Positions 15,189-24,982 of a stretch of DNA of 64,000 bases are shown in pieces. Source of the stretch: Patescibacteria group bacterium (GTDB taxonomy: Bacteria; Patescibacteriota; Minisyncoccia; Phycocordibacterales; JAKFXT01). The stretch lies in the NCBI GenBank assembly GCA_038063555.1, contig JBBTUX010000010.1, positions 22,936-86,935 on the forward strand. Direction: 5' to 3'. The notes beneath the pieces were generated by a model. That model searched no databases. It saw only the letters and a program-made list of their open reading frames with translations, and was not told where the DNA came from. Position 1 is the stretch's first letter, and each line of letters opens with the position of its first letter. The position numbers were made by a program, and so were the translations under genes.

Positions 15189-15331
15189 CACTTGAAATTA
15201 ATTAGAGTGGATTCACCCCATTAGATAACTCGAATTGTCTAATGGGGTGAATTATAAGTTAGCGAAGCTTTTAGATAGGCAGATCTGAAGAAAAATCTTC
15301 AGCGCTGAAATCTAAAAGTTTCTTTAGAAAA

Positions 15332-17518
15332 ATGGAAACAAAAAAATATTCTCTGGATTTTGCTGGAGAAACTTTAGTCGCAGAATTTAGCGACCTTGCC
15401 AATCAAGCCAATGGTTCAGTAATTTTGAGATATGGCAACACAACTGTTTTAGCAACAGCTGTAATGGGCAAACACGATAAAGAAAGTGATTATTTTCCCT
15501 TAACGGTAGATTATGAAGAAAAGTTTTATGCGTCCGGCGTGATAAAGGGCAGTCAGTATGTTCGTCGCGAAGGTAGGCCCGGGGATGATTCAATTTTGCG
15601 TGGTCGCATACTTGATAGAACAATTCGTCCACTTTTTGATCAATCAATTCGTCGCGAAATCCAAGTGGTAATAACGACTTTGGCGGTTGATAAACACGAC
15701 CAGGACATTCTGGCTGTTTTGGCGGGGTCTCTTTCAATTGCTACCTCTGACATTCCTTGGCATGGACCAGTGGGAAGTGTCAGAGTTTCTAGAAAAAAAG
15801 GCCTGCCTGCCGCGACGGGTACGGCGCAGGCAGGAAGTAAGGATTGGATATTAAATGCCACTTTTGCAGACAGAACAGAAGATACCTTGGACTTTGACAT
15901 GGTTGTTTGTGGCAAGGACGGACTCATAAATATGATAGAAGTTGAAGCTGGTGAAATATCAGAAGATGAAATGAAAGAAGCGTTAGAATTTGCTAGTAAA
16001 AATATTTCTATTCTTGAAGAGTTTCAGAAAAAAATAATCAAAGAAATTGGAAAAGAAAAACAAAAGTTTGAAAAAACTAATTTAAGCGAAATAGAGTTAA
16101 CTCTGTTTTATGGAATTGTGACTCCAAACTTAGACAAAGCGATATTTTCTGGCTCGGGAAAGGTGGGAATTTACGCCTTAAAAGAAACTTGGATGAATAA
16201 ATTTGCAGAAAATTTTCCAGAAGGAAAGTCTGCTCTTGCAGAAAATATATATGATGAAGCGATAAACGATTGTCTCCATAAAGAAACAATAGAAAAAGAA
16301 AGGCGGCCCGATGGGAGAAAACTAAACGAGTTACGATCTTTATTTGCTAAAGCTGGAGGAATATCCGACGTGTTGCACGGTTCAGGTATTTTTTATAGAG
16401 GTGAAACTCATATGTTTTCCGCGCTAACTTTAGGTGGACCAAAAGATTCGCAAACAATTGATTTTGTTGACGGATCAGAAAAGAAAAAAAGATTTTTACA
16501 TCATTATAATTTTCCGCCATTTTCTGTTGGTGAAGTGGGCAGAATGGGTGGAACAAACAGAAGAATGGTTGGGCACGGCGCTTTGGCGGAAAAATCCCTG
16601 CGCGCCGTAATTCCCCACAAAGATATTTTTCCTTACACCATAAGATTGGTTTCGGAAACCCTTTCTTCAAATGGTTCGAGTTCAATGGGAAGTGTTTGCG
16701 CCTCATCTTTAGCTTTGATGGACGGAGGCGTGCCAATTAAGAGAGCTGTTGCGGGAATTGCTATGGGTTTAATGTATAAAAATGAAAATGAATACAAAAT
16801 ACTAACGGACATTCAAGGCCCAGAGGATGAACATGGTGATATGGATTTTAAGGTAGCAGGAACCAGCGAGGGGATTACCGGCGTGCAACTTGATGTAAAG
16901 GTTTCTGGAATTTCTCTAAAAATATTGGGGGAGGCACTTACACAAAGCAAGAAAGCCCGATTGGAAATTATAGAAACATTAAACAAAGCGATTGAGAAAC
17001 CTAGAGATTCAATTTCACCGCGTGCACCAATGATTGTGGTAATAAAAATAAAACCAGATCAAATTGGACTCATTATTGGTTCTGGGGGCAAAACTATAAA
17101 TGAAATTCGTGAATTAACAGAAACAGAAATTGACATTGAAGATGACGGGTCTGTTTTCATAACAGGAAAGAATGGGGGAGCCGAAAAAGCAAAAAAAATA
17201 ATTGAGGAGATGACCCGCGAATACTTCAAGGGAGATCGTTTCAACGGCATGGTTGTAAAAATTTTGGATTTTGGCGCTTTTGTAAAAATTGGTCACAACA
17301 CTGAAGGACTGGTTCACATTTCGGAAATTGCACCCTTCCGCGTAGAAAAAGTTTCTGAAATTCTGAAAGAAGGAATGCTGGTTCCAGTTGTAGTAAAAGA
17401 GGTGGACGAAAGAGGTCGGGTTAATCTTTCCATCAAACAAGCAGATAAAGATTTTGCCGAGCGCCATGGAGCAAAGCCACCGCAAAACGCTAGTGGAGGT
17501 AGTGCCACAAAAGTGTAG
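15332..17518 (+). CDS. pnp: Polyribonucleotide nucleotidyltransferase (PNPase)
   Basis: Two RNase PH-like domains, a KH domain (...IKPDQIGLIIGSGGKTINEI...) and an S1 domain (...GDRFNGMVVKILDFGAFVKI...). Confidence 0.9.
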   Translation: METKKYSLDFAGETLVAEFSDLANQANGSVILRYGNTTVLATAVMGKHDKESDYFPLTVDYEEKFYASGVIKGSQYVRREGRPGDDSILRGRILDRTIRPLFDQSIRREIQVVITTLAVDKHDQDILAVLAGSLSIATSDIPWHGPVGSVRVSRKKGLPAATGTAQAGSKDWILNATFADRTEDTLDFDMVVCGKDGLINMIEVEAGEISEDEMKEALEFASKNISILEEFQKKIIKEIGKEKQKFEKTNLSEIELTLFYGIVTPNLDKAIFSGSGKVGIYALKETWMNKFAENFPEGKSALAENIYDEAINDCLHKETIEKERRPDGRKLNELRSLFAKAGGISDVLHGSGIFYRGETHMFSALTLGGPKDSQTIDFVDGSEKKKRFLHHYNFPPFSVGEVGRMGGTNRRMVGHGALAEKSLRAVIPHKDIFPYTIRLVSETLSSNGSSSMGSVCASSLALMDGGVPIKRAVAGIAMGLMYKNENEYKILTDIQGPEDEHGDMDFKVAGTSEGITGVQLDVKVSGISLKILGEALTQSKKARLEIIETLNKAIEKPRDSISPRAPMIVVIKIKPDQIGLIIGSGGKTINEIRELTETEIDIEDDGSVFITGKNGGAEKAKKIIEEMTREYFKGDRFNGMVVKILDFGAFVKIGHNTEGLVHISEIAPFRVEKVSEILKEGMLVPVVVKEVDERGRVNLSIKQADKDFAERHGAKPPQNASGGSATKV

Positions 17519-17568
17519 GCAGAATATAAAAAGATGCTATTAGCACCTCTCCCTGCCAGCAGAGAGAG

Positions 17569-18966
17569 ATGCTAATATATATTCAAATGAAAGATGATCT
17601 GCAAAAAATGATTGATGAGCAATTGCAGTCTGGTAAAGGTGACCCTAAAAAGGCCTTTTCCAAAGTAGAGATTGACAATATTATTTTAAATCCGGACGAA
17701 ACAAAAATACCAACCAATAATACTATCCCCCCAAAATCCACTGTAACAGAAACAGTCGAAACGGAAGATTCGGTTGAAAAAGAGCTCCCAGATCACGTAG
17801 TGGATCTTGATAAAGAGTTTGGAGTAATAAAACAAAAACCAATAGACGTAACTCCTATTGCTAAAACGAAAGCTCCGAAAACTATTGCCGAACTTCTTTC
17901 AATAGAAGCCAGTGTTGCCAAAAATCCTCCCAAAACTAGACCCCAATCATCTTCCGAATATTCTTATGAGAATACAAAAGAGGCTATTCCGCCATCTGGC
18001 ATAGATAAAGTAAAAGAAACCCTCAAACAAATTTCTTATACACCAAAAAGCAAATCGTCAACAATTATAAAAAAACTAAGAACCCTAGAGGGAGATATTG
18101 AGGAAGCAATGAGAAGCGGTAAAACCACTTTAACTTCCTTTGTAACATCAGAGTTAAGCCGTAAAACAACAGTCGTTGCTCCGGAGGGAATGGCTAAAGA
18201 GGTTGAGGAAAAAACTTCCAACAAAAACTCGGTTCCCCTAATAAAATTTGTTGCAATTTTTGTTGGACTAGCCCTTTTGGGAGGAGGAATATACGCTCTC
18301 TATTACATAATGGTGAAAGAAAAAGAACCAATAATAACCATTGATGCCTCCAAGGCTAGCGGCCCTATTGTTCCGGCACAATCTGAAGTAAAAGTTAGCG
18401 CAGATAAACACAATTCTTCCTACCTTCGGGCGGCAATCGCAACCGAAAGAAATCAAAGTCAGGGCAATTTGAATGAAATAAAAAATATTATTCTTACAAA
18501 AAATGGTCTTTTGGGAGACATTGCCTTGAGCACAGAAAGTTTTATGAAAATTCTTGAAATGCGCATACCACCAGAGCTTTTGCGCACCCTGGCTTCTTCC
18601 TATATGCTCGGGGTTCATAAATTCAGCGAAAATCAGTCCTTCATAATTTTAAAAACCGATTCATATGACACGGCAAGAGCCGGTATGCTTGACTGGGAAA
18701 AAAATCTTGAAGAAGATGTGGGAAAATTGATACGGTCTTCGGGCGATTTTACCTATGCCACTTCAAGTGACGCAACAACAAATAGACGCACTTTCAAAGA
18801 TGAAACCATAAAGAACCAAGATGCTCGAGTACTTTATGATGAGAATAATAATTTTCTCTTCCTATACACATTTCTTAAAGATAGGGAAACAATTGTTTTT
18901 GCTTCACACCCCGAAACCCTGGCTGAAATTATAAGCGGTCTTTCAGGAAGAAAAGTGGTTGAATAA
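17569..18966 (+). CDS. Hypothetical single-pass membrane protein
   Basis: 465 aa. Central TM (FVAIFVGLALLGGGIYALYYIMV). Start possibly at 17587. Confidence 0.4.
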   Translation: MLIYIQMKDDLQKMIDEQLQSGKGDPKKAFSKVEIDNIILNPDETKIPTNNTIPPKSTVTETVETEDSVEKELPDHVVDLDKEFGVIKQKPIDVTPIAKTKAPKTIAELLSIEASVAKNPPKTRPQSSSEYSYENTKEAIPPSGIDKVKETLKQISYTPKSKSSTIIKKLRTLEGDIEEAMRSGKTTLTSFVTSELSRKTTVVAPEGMAKEVEEKTSNKNSVPLIKFVAIFVGLALLGGGIYALYYIMVKEKEPIITIDASKASGPIVPAQSEVKVSADKHNSSYLRAAIATERNQSQGNLNEIKNIILTKNGLLGDIALSTESFMKILEMRIPPELLRTLASSYMLGVHKFSENQSFIILKTDSYDTARAGMLDWEKNLEEDVGKLIRSSGDFTYATSSDATTNRRTFKDETIKNQDARVLYDENNNFLFLYTFLKDRETIVFASHPETLAEIISGLSGRKVVE

Positions 18967-19033
18967 ACCCCATTAGATGACAGAGCTATCTAAACGGGGT
19001 AAAAAATTATCAAAAAAATGTATTAGTGTTAGT

Positions 19034-19432
19034 ATGTCCAATATGTCCATAGATACAAATCATTTTAAGAAAAGGTTGGAGGAAGAATTGCAGATTTTAG
19101 AAGGAGAATTAAAAAGTGTGGGACGTCGCAACCCTGATAATAAAAATGATTGGGAACCAACTCCCTCTGATTTAAAACCGGACATGGCTGATGATATGGA
19201 AGTTGCAGACTCCATTGAGGAATATGAAACTAACGCGGGGATTCTAAAACAATTAGAAATTCGCTATAACGATATCAAAAGCGCTTTAAAAAGAATCGCT
19301 GACGACACCTACGGAGTGTGTGAAATATCGGGAAAACCAATTGAAAAAGAGCGTCTTGAAGCAAATCCTGCCGCCCGTACTTCAATTGCTAATAAAGACA
19401 AAGAGGGAAAGTTGAGAGAAGAGGGTAAATAA
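19034..19432 (+). CDS. DksA/TraR-family C4 zinc-finger protein
   Basis: C-terminal ...YGVCEISGKPIEKERLEANPAARTSI is typical DksA/TraR. Start uncertain, 18977-19043. Confidence 0.55.
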   Translation: MSNMSIDTNHFKKRLEEELQILEGELKSVGRRNPDNKNDWEPTPSDLKPDMADDMEVADSIEEYETNAGILKQLEIRYNDIKSALKRIADDTYGVCEISGKPIEKERLEANPAARTSIANKDKEGKLREEGK

Positions 19433-19442
19433 CTTTTTACAA

Positions 19443-20975
19443 ATGAAGCACTTTGCCAAAGTTCATAGTGCTCAAACCCATTTAATAAATGGTTTTATTG
19501 TTGATGTTGAAATAGACCTATCCAAAGGGTTGCATTCTTTTTCTATTGTGGGACTGCCAGATAAAGCAAATGAAGAAGCCAAGGATAGAGTTTCGGCGGC
19601 TATAAAACACTCTGGGTTCAGCTCTCCAAAATCACATAATCAAAAAATAGTGGTTTCTCTTGCTCCAGCCAATCTAAAAAAGGAGGGTCCCCTTTTTGAT
19701 TTAGCAATTGCTCTTGCTTATTTACTAGCCAAAGAAGAAATAGATTTTGACACCACAGATAAAATTTTCATAGGCGAACTTTCTTTGGATGGAAAATTGC
19801 GAGGAGTTTCTGGGATACTGCCTTTGGTTGAAACAGCCAAGAAAAAAGGATTCAAGGAAGTTTATGTGGCCGAAGAAAATGCAGAGGAGGCGGCTCTTAT
19901 TCGTGACATAAAAATTTACGGGGCACCTTCACTTTCAAAGGTGGTGGAACATTTAATAAGTAAAACTCCGATACTAAAATCGCAAGAAGAAACAAAAATA
20001 GAAAAAGGTTTAAAAAATAATGAAAATCCTGAAACTGACTTTGTTGATATAAAAGGGCAAGAAACGGGAAAAAGGGGACTTCTAATCGCGGCTTCTGGCG
20101 GTCATAACATTGCCCTATATGGTCCAGCGGGAACTGGAAAAACAATGCTAGCAAGAGCTTTGCCAACAATTTTGCCAGAGCTTTCTTATGAAGAAATTTT
20201 GGAAGTTACTTCTATTCACTCTGTTGCCGGAGTGCTTCGCGAAAACTATATTTCTATTCCACCGTTCCGCTCCCCTCATCACACTTCCTCTTATGTTTCC
20301 TTAGTTGGCGGAGGAACATTTCCCAAACCGGGAGAAGTAACTCTTTCTCATAGAGGCGTTCTTTTTCTGGATGAATTCCCAGAATTTGAGAGACGTGCAA
20401 TTGACGCTTTGAGACAACCACTGGAAGACAAAACAATTTCAATTTCCAGAGTAAGGGGGAGCAGTGTGTTTCCAGCAAATTTTATTTTAATTGCCGCACT
20501 TAATCCCTGTCCTTGCGGAAATTTCGGAAGTACCAAAACTTGTAATTGCACTCCCAAAGATTTGGCGCGTTACAAAAAGAAAATATCAGGTCCTATAGCT
20601 GACAGAATTGACATGTGGATTGAAGTACCTCTAATTAAACACAAAGTTTTGGGAGAAAAATCTGGCGGAAAAAAGAGTTCTGAATTCAAAAAAGAAGTTA
20701 TTGCGGCAAGGACGCATCAAGAAAAAAGGTTTGCGAATAAAAAAAGAAAAACATTAAATTCAGATATGAGCGCTAAAGAGGTTGAAAATTTGGTTCCACT
20801 GAGTAAAGAGGTGAGAGAAATTCTAAATAATTCCGCCGAAAAATTGCAGCTCTCTGCAAGAAGCTATCACAAAATTATAAAGTTGGCGCGAACAATCGCC
20901 GATTTAGAACACGAAAGATTTGTGCTCCCCCAACATATCTTAGAAGCGCTTCAATATAGACAAAAAGAAATCTAG
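19443..20975 (+). CDS. comM: YifB/ComM-family Mg-chelatase-like AAA+ ATPase
   Basis: Lon-like N-terminal domain, Walker A GPAGTGKTMLARALP, ...VLFLDEFPEF... and a C-terminal ChlI region. Confidence 0.8.
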   Translation: MKHFAKVHSAQTHLINGFIVDVEIDLSKGLHSFSIVGLPDKANEEAKDRVSAAIKHSGFSSPKSHNQKIVVSLAPANLKKEGPLFDLAIALAYLLAKEEIDFDTTDKIFIGELSLDGKLRGVSGILPLVETAKKKGFKEVYVAEENAEEAALIRDIKIYGAPSLSKVVEHLISKTPILKSQEETKIEKGLKNNENPETDFVDIKGQETGKRGLLIAASGGHNIALYGPAGTGKTMLARALPTILPELSYEEILEVTSIHSVAGVLRENYISIPPFRSPHHTSSYVSLVGGGTFPKPGEVTLSHRGVLFLDEFPEFERRAIDALRQPLEDKTISISRVRGSSVFPANFILIAALNPCPCGNFGSTKTCNCTPKDLARYKKKISGPIADRIDMWIEVPLIKHKVLGEKSGGKKSSEFKKEVIAARTHQEKRFANKKRKTLNSDMSAKEVENLVPLSKEVREILNNSAEKLQLSARSYHKIIKLARTIADLEHERFVLPQHILEALQYRQKEI

Positions 20976-21862
20976 AAAGGATTAGCCGCACCGCGAATTT
21001 CAAAGTGAACATGCGTTCCCGTTGCTTTACCTGTGGCGCCCATTTCTCCAATTACTTGTCCTTGCACTACCCTCTCGCCCGGTGAAACCAAATTTTTACT
21101 TAAGTGAGCATATAAAGTTTGTGTGCCATTGCCATGTTGCACTACAATATATTGACCATAACCCGCATTCCAACCAGAAATTCTGCTTGTAAGGACTACA
21201 CCTGTAGCTGAAGCTATGACTGGCGCACCCCTGAAACTAGCCAAATCCACACCATTATATCCGTGAAGTCCTTGCGTTCTGATGCCACCAAGAATCGGCC
21301 TTAGGTAAAAGCCATCAATTTTTGGTCCACCGACACTTTTCCTCCAGGCGCTAGTAACAGCACTCACGCTTGGCGCAGTTGCGATTTCCCCATCTGGAAC
21401 CATGACTATTTCGCCAATAGCCAAAACAATATTTCCTTCAAAATTATTGAACTGCAAAATTTCTTTTTCATCAGCTTTATACTTTTTAGCAATTGATTTT
21501 ATAGTATCTCCTTTTACAACAGTGTGTTGAACCCCAGAAATCGGTAAAATAATAAGTGTTTGTCCTGGTTTAATAATGCCACCAGAAATATCATTGGCCC
21601 AGGCTATTGTATTTTTAGAAACACCAAAAAGTTTAGCAATTGAAGAAAGGCTGTCCCCAGATCTCACCACATACAAACTAATGTGACCCATAGCAATTTT
21701 CTCTTCAACGTCAAGTGCCGTTCCTTCTGGTCCGTCTTCCGAAAGAAGGGCGCTACCTGAAACAACCGTAATGTCGCCACCCCCCTTTGCAGGATTTGGG
21801 TCTGGGCTCACCGCCGCTTGAAGCAAACCCATTGTTTGCGTATTCATAGACCTTCTTTCCAT
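20972..21862 (-). CDS. LysM-domain M23-family peptidase
   Basis: Two LysM motifs (YVVRSGDSLSSIAKLFGVS, HTVVKGDTIKSIAKKYK). M23 signature ...HGYNGVDLA...GTHVHFEIR. Confidence 0.75.
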   Translation of the reverse strand: MERRSMNTQTMGLLQAAVSPDPNPAKGGGDITVVSGSALLSEDGPEGTALDVEEKIAMGHISLYVVRSGDSLSSIAKLFGVSKNTIAWANDISGGIIKPGQTLIILPISGVQHTVVKGDTIKSIAKKYKADEKEILQFNNFEGNIVLAIGEIVMVPDGEIATAPSVSAVTSAWRKSVGGPKIDGFYLRPILGGIRTQGLHGYNGVDLASFRGAPVIASATGVVLTSRISGWNAGYGQYIVVQHGNGTQTLYAHLSKNLVSPGERVVQGQVIGEMGATGKATGTHVHFEIRGAANPF

Positions 21863-22257
21863 GATTTCCTTTGGTTTTTCAAAAAAATCAGTAATAAGCG
21901 AGAAAAAACCAGCGTTCGCGGCGCTGGGTACAATAAAAAATAGAGCAAAAACGGCAAACAGAATGACTTGTTTTAGAAAAAACGATAAAAATCCACTACC
22001 ATTATGTGGCCCCCCGAGAACAGCTTCGGTGGAGCTTTGTTTTTGTTTTATTTTAATAAGCCCTAAAGGTTAAGCTAACTCCTCTCTTTTCTTTACCATT
22101 TTGGTGAATAATGGCTTTGTTAAGCCACTTTTATTAGCATCCTTCTCTTCCTATACATCTAATATACCCCCCTCAAACCGAGTGTCAACCTTTGGTTTTC
22201 TGGCATGTGGATAAGGTAAAAAATAAGAAAGTAGTCAAAAAATAACATTCGGTACGT

Positions 22258-24228
22258 ATGTTAAACTGCCAAATGAACAACGAAATGTCTCATCTTGAAG
22301 GATTAAACTCAAAACAAAGAGAAGCAGTTAAGGCCACAGAGGGTCCTCTTTTAATATTAGCGGGGGCGGGGGCGGGAAAAACCAAGACCATAACCCATAG
22401 AGTCCTAGAAATAATAAAAAAGGGGGTCTTTCCACATCAAATACTGGCTGTTACTTTCACCAATAAAGCGGCTAAGGAAATGCGCGAAAGAATTTTTAAC
22501 CTAATAGAGAAAGACCAGACCATAAATTTACCTATTTCGGAATTTACTCGACCCTTTATTTCTACTTTTCACTCATTGGGGGTGCACATTTTGCGAGAAA
22601 ATTCTTCTTTACTTAAAATCCCGCGCCATTTCACAATTTATGATAGAAGCGATTCTTTAAGCACCCTACGAAGTGCCATAAAAGAACTTTCATTGGACCC
22701 AAAACAATTTGAGCCAGCGAAATTTTTAGCAATAATTTCTAAACAAAAAGGAGAGGGTATTTCTTTATCATATTATGAAGAAAGGGCTAGTGAAAATTAC
22801 CTTGACCGCATTCTTCTTTCCATTTGGAAAAAATATGAAGAAAAACTTTTAAAGGATAAATCCTTTGACTTTGATGATTTGCTTTTGGTTACCAAGGATT
22901 TGTTGAAAAAAAATGAAAACGTGAGAAAACATTATCAAAATATTTGGCATTACATTCACATAGACGAATATCAAGATACCAATAAAGTTCAATATGAAAT
23001 TACCAAACTTTTAACTGGAAAAGAAAAAAATGTTTGTGTTGTCGGGGACATTGATCAAAGTATTTACAGTTGGCGTGGCGCTGATTTCAAAAACATTATG
23101 CGTTTTGAAAAAGATTATCCCGAAAGCAAAACGATTTTACTGGAACAAAACTATCGTTCCAGCAAAATAATATTGAAAGCGGCCAATTCTATTATTGAAA
23201 AAAATACTTTACGCAAAGACAAGAAACTTTTTACAGAAAATGCGGAAGGGGAGAAAATTTCTCTTTTCGGCTCTTATGATGAAGTGGGTGAAGCATTGTT
23301 TGTAGCCGAAAAAATAAAAAGTTTGTTGCGAGAGGGGAAAAAAACAAGAGATTTTGCCGTTTTGTATCGCGCCAATTTCCAATCTCGGATATTAGAGGAA
23401 ACTATGCTTAAAGAAAATATTCCTTATCAGGTGCTCGGCACAAAATTTTATGAAAGAAAGGAAGTAAAAGACATTATCAGTTATTTACGCGCTTCTCTTG
23501 ATGAAAATAATCTAAATGATTTCCGAAGGATTGTTAATACCCCTCCAAGAGGAATCGGCAAAACTACTTTGTTAAAAATTATAGAAAAGAAAGAAGGGGA
23601 ATTGCCAAATGCAACCAAAGAAAAAATATTTATGGTTAGAAAACTTCTAGCGGAAATAAAAAATATGGCTTTAAATAAGAAGTTATCGGAAACAATAATG
23701 TTTATTATAGAAAAAAGCGGTCTTAAAAAATATTATGAAGGTGAGGGGGATGTTGGGGTGGAAAGATTGGAAAATATGTTTGAATTAATTTCCGTATCTA
23801 GTAAATACGATTCATTTACAAGAGAAGAGGCCTTGGATTTATTTCTGACAGAGTGCGCACTTTCTAGTGACCAGGATGATTTGAAAGAAGAAAAAGAGGG
23901 AGTGCGATTAATGACGGTGCACGCCGCTAAAGGATTAGAATTTGATTATTGTTTTATTACAGGATTAGAAGAAGGGCTTTTCCCTCACGAAAAACCAGAA
24001 GGCAAAAAAAATCTCGAGGAAAAAGAAGAGGAAAGAAGGTTGTTTTATGTTGCCTTAACCCGCGCCCGCAAAAAACTATTTTTAACTTATTCATCTGTAA
24101 GGAGCCAATATGGCACGAGGACTATGAATATACCTTCCTCTTTTATAGATGATATAGCTCCAGAAATTTTAGAAAATGAATTTGGCGAAAACGATAGCGC
24201 CAAAGGAAAAGTAATTTATCTTGAATAA
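22258..24228 (+). CDS. pcrA: UvrD/PcrA-family ATP-dependent DNA helicase
   Basis: Walker A AGAGAGKTKTITHRV, DEYQDTN, and helicase motifs through ...VHAAKGLEFD...LFYVALTRARKKL. Confidence 0.85.
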   Translation: MLNCQMNNEMSHLEGLNSKQREAVKATEGPLLILAGAGAGKTKTITHRVLEIIKKGVFPHQILAVTFTNKAAKEMRERIFNLIEKDQTINLPISEFTRPFISTFHSLGVHILRENSSLLKIPRHFTIYDRSDSLSTLRSAIKELSLDPKQFEPAKFLAIISKQKGEGISLSYYEERASENYLDRILLSIWKKYEEKLLKDKSFDFDDLLLVTKDLLKKNENVRKHYQNIWHYIHIDEYQDTNKVQYEITKLLTGKEKNVCVVGDIDQSIYSWRGADFKNIMRFEKDYPESKTILLEQNYRSSKIILKAANSIIEKNTLRKDKKLFTENAEGEKISLFGSYDEVGEALFVAEKIKSLLREGKKTRDFAVLYRANFQSRILEETMLKENIPYQVLGTKFYERKEVKDIISYLRASLDENNLNDFRRIVNTPPRGIGKTTLLKIIEKKEGELPNATKEKIFMVRKLLAEIKNMALNKKLSETIMFIIEKSGLKKYYEGEGDVGVERLENMFELISVSSKYDSFTREEALDLFLTECALSSDQDDLKEEKEGVRLMTVHAAKGLEFDYCFITGLEEGLFPHEKPEGKKNLEEKEEERRLFYVALTRARKKLFLTYSSVRSQYGTRTMNIPSSFIDDIAPEILENEFGENDSAKGKVIYLE

Positions 24229-24310
24229 TGTCTCTTGAATAATTAAAAACTTAAAAATCAATCTAGTAACATAATTGGTGCATATACTCCTTTTATGTTA
24301 GTGTATAAAA

Positions 24311-24856
24311 ATGACTACAAAAAAAGAATTGTTCACTAAAATAATTTTGACAACTTTGATAGCCGGGACAGTAATAGCGAGTGTGGCTATCGCTCCAGGA
24401 CTTGGTCCCGTTCTTCGTTTATTTGACAATAAAAATAATAAGAGAAGGTTGGGTTTTTCGCGTGCCATTAAAAATTTGGAGGAAAAAAGAATGGTAAAAA
24501 TTTTTAATAAAGACGGAAATTTAATTATTAAAATAACAGATAAAGGAAAGGGGAGGGTTCTAAAATATAAATTTGATGAAATGAAAATTTATAACCCCAA
24601 AAAATGGGATGGGCTATGGAGAATTGTCATGTTTGATATTCCAACAAAAGACAACAAAAAACGAGATATTCTCCGTTTAAAATTAAAAGAAATGGGCTTT
24701 GAAATGACTCAAAGATCTGTTTTCGTTTATCCTTACCCAGCAAAAAACGAGATTGACTTTCTGGGAGAGTATTTGGGAATTAGAAAACATATTACCTGTA
24801 TTCTTGCAAAAGAAATGGAGGGGAGTAGGAATTATAAAAAACTTTTTAAACTTTAG
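24311..24856 (+). CDS. PaaX-like regulator / Cas2-fold domain protein with N-terminal TM segment
   Basis: C-terminal WDGLWRIVMFDIPTKDNKKRDILRLKLKEMGFEMTQRSVFVYP matches the PaaX_C / Cas2-like pattern (W.G.W..V.FdiP...R..LR..L...GF...Q.SVF). Gene flanked by an 11-bp inverted repeat GCATATACTCC (24280-24290) / GGAGTATATGC (24918-24928). Confidence 0.45.
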   Translation: MTTKKELFTKIILTTLIAGTVIASVAIAPGLGPVLRLFDNKNNKRRLGFSRAIKNLEEKRMVKIFNKDGNLIIKITDKGKGRVLKYKFDEMKIYNPKKWDGLWRIVMFDIPTKDNKKRDILRLKLKEMGFEMTQRSVFVYPYPAKNEIDFLGEYLGIRKHITCILAKEMEGSRNYKKLFKL

Positions 24857-24982
24857 TTTTTAAAAAATTAACCCTCTAGATTATAGATTTCTTGAAAAAA
24901 CTCTTAGCAACACAAACGGAGTATATGCTCTGTTTGTGTTAGTGGGGATTGTCTTAATTTAAAAAAGGTATAAGGTGACCTC

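Noticed and set aside
21861-22073. Plus-strand ORF 21861..22073 and an upstream extension of the M23 peptidase to supply a signal peptide.
   Set aside because: An in-frame TGA lies 10 codons upstream of the ATG at 21862, so there is no N-terminal extension. The 70-aa plus-strand ORF is antisense/intergenic noise.
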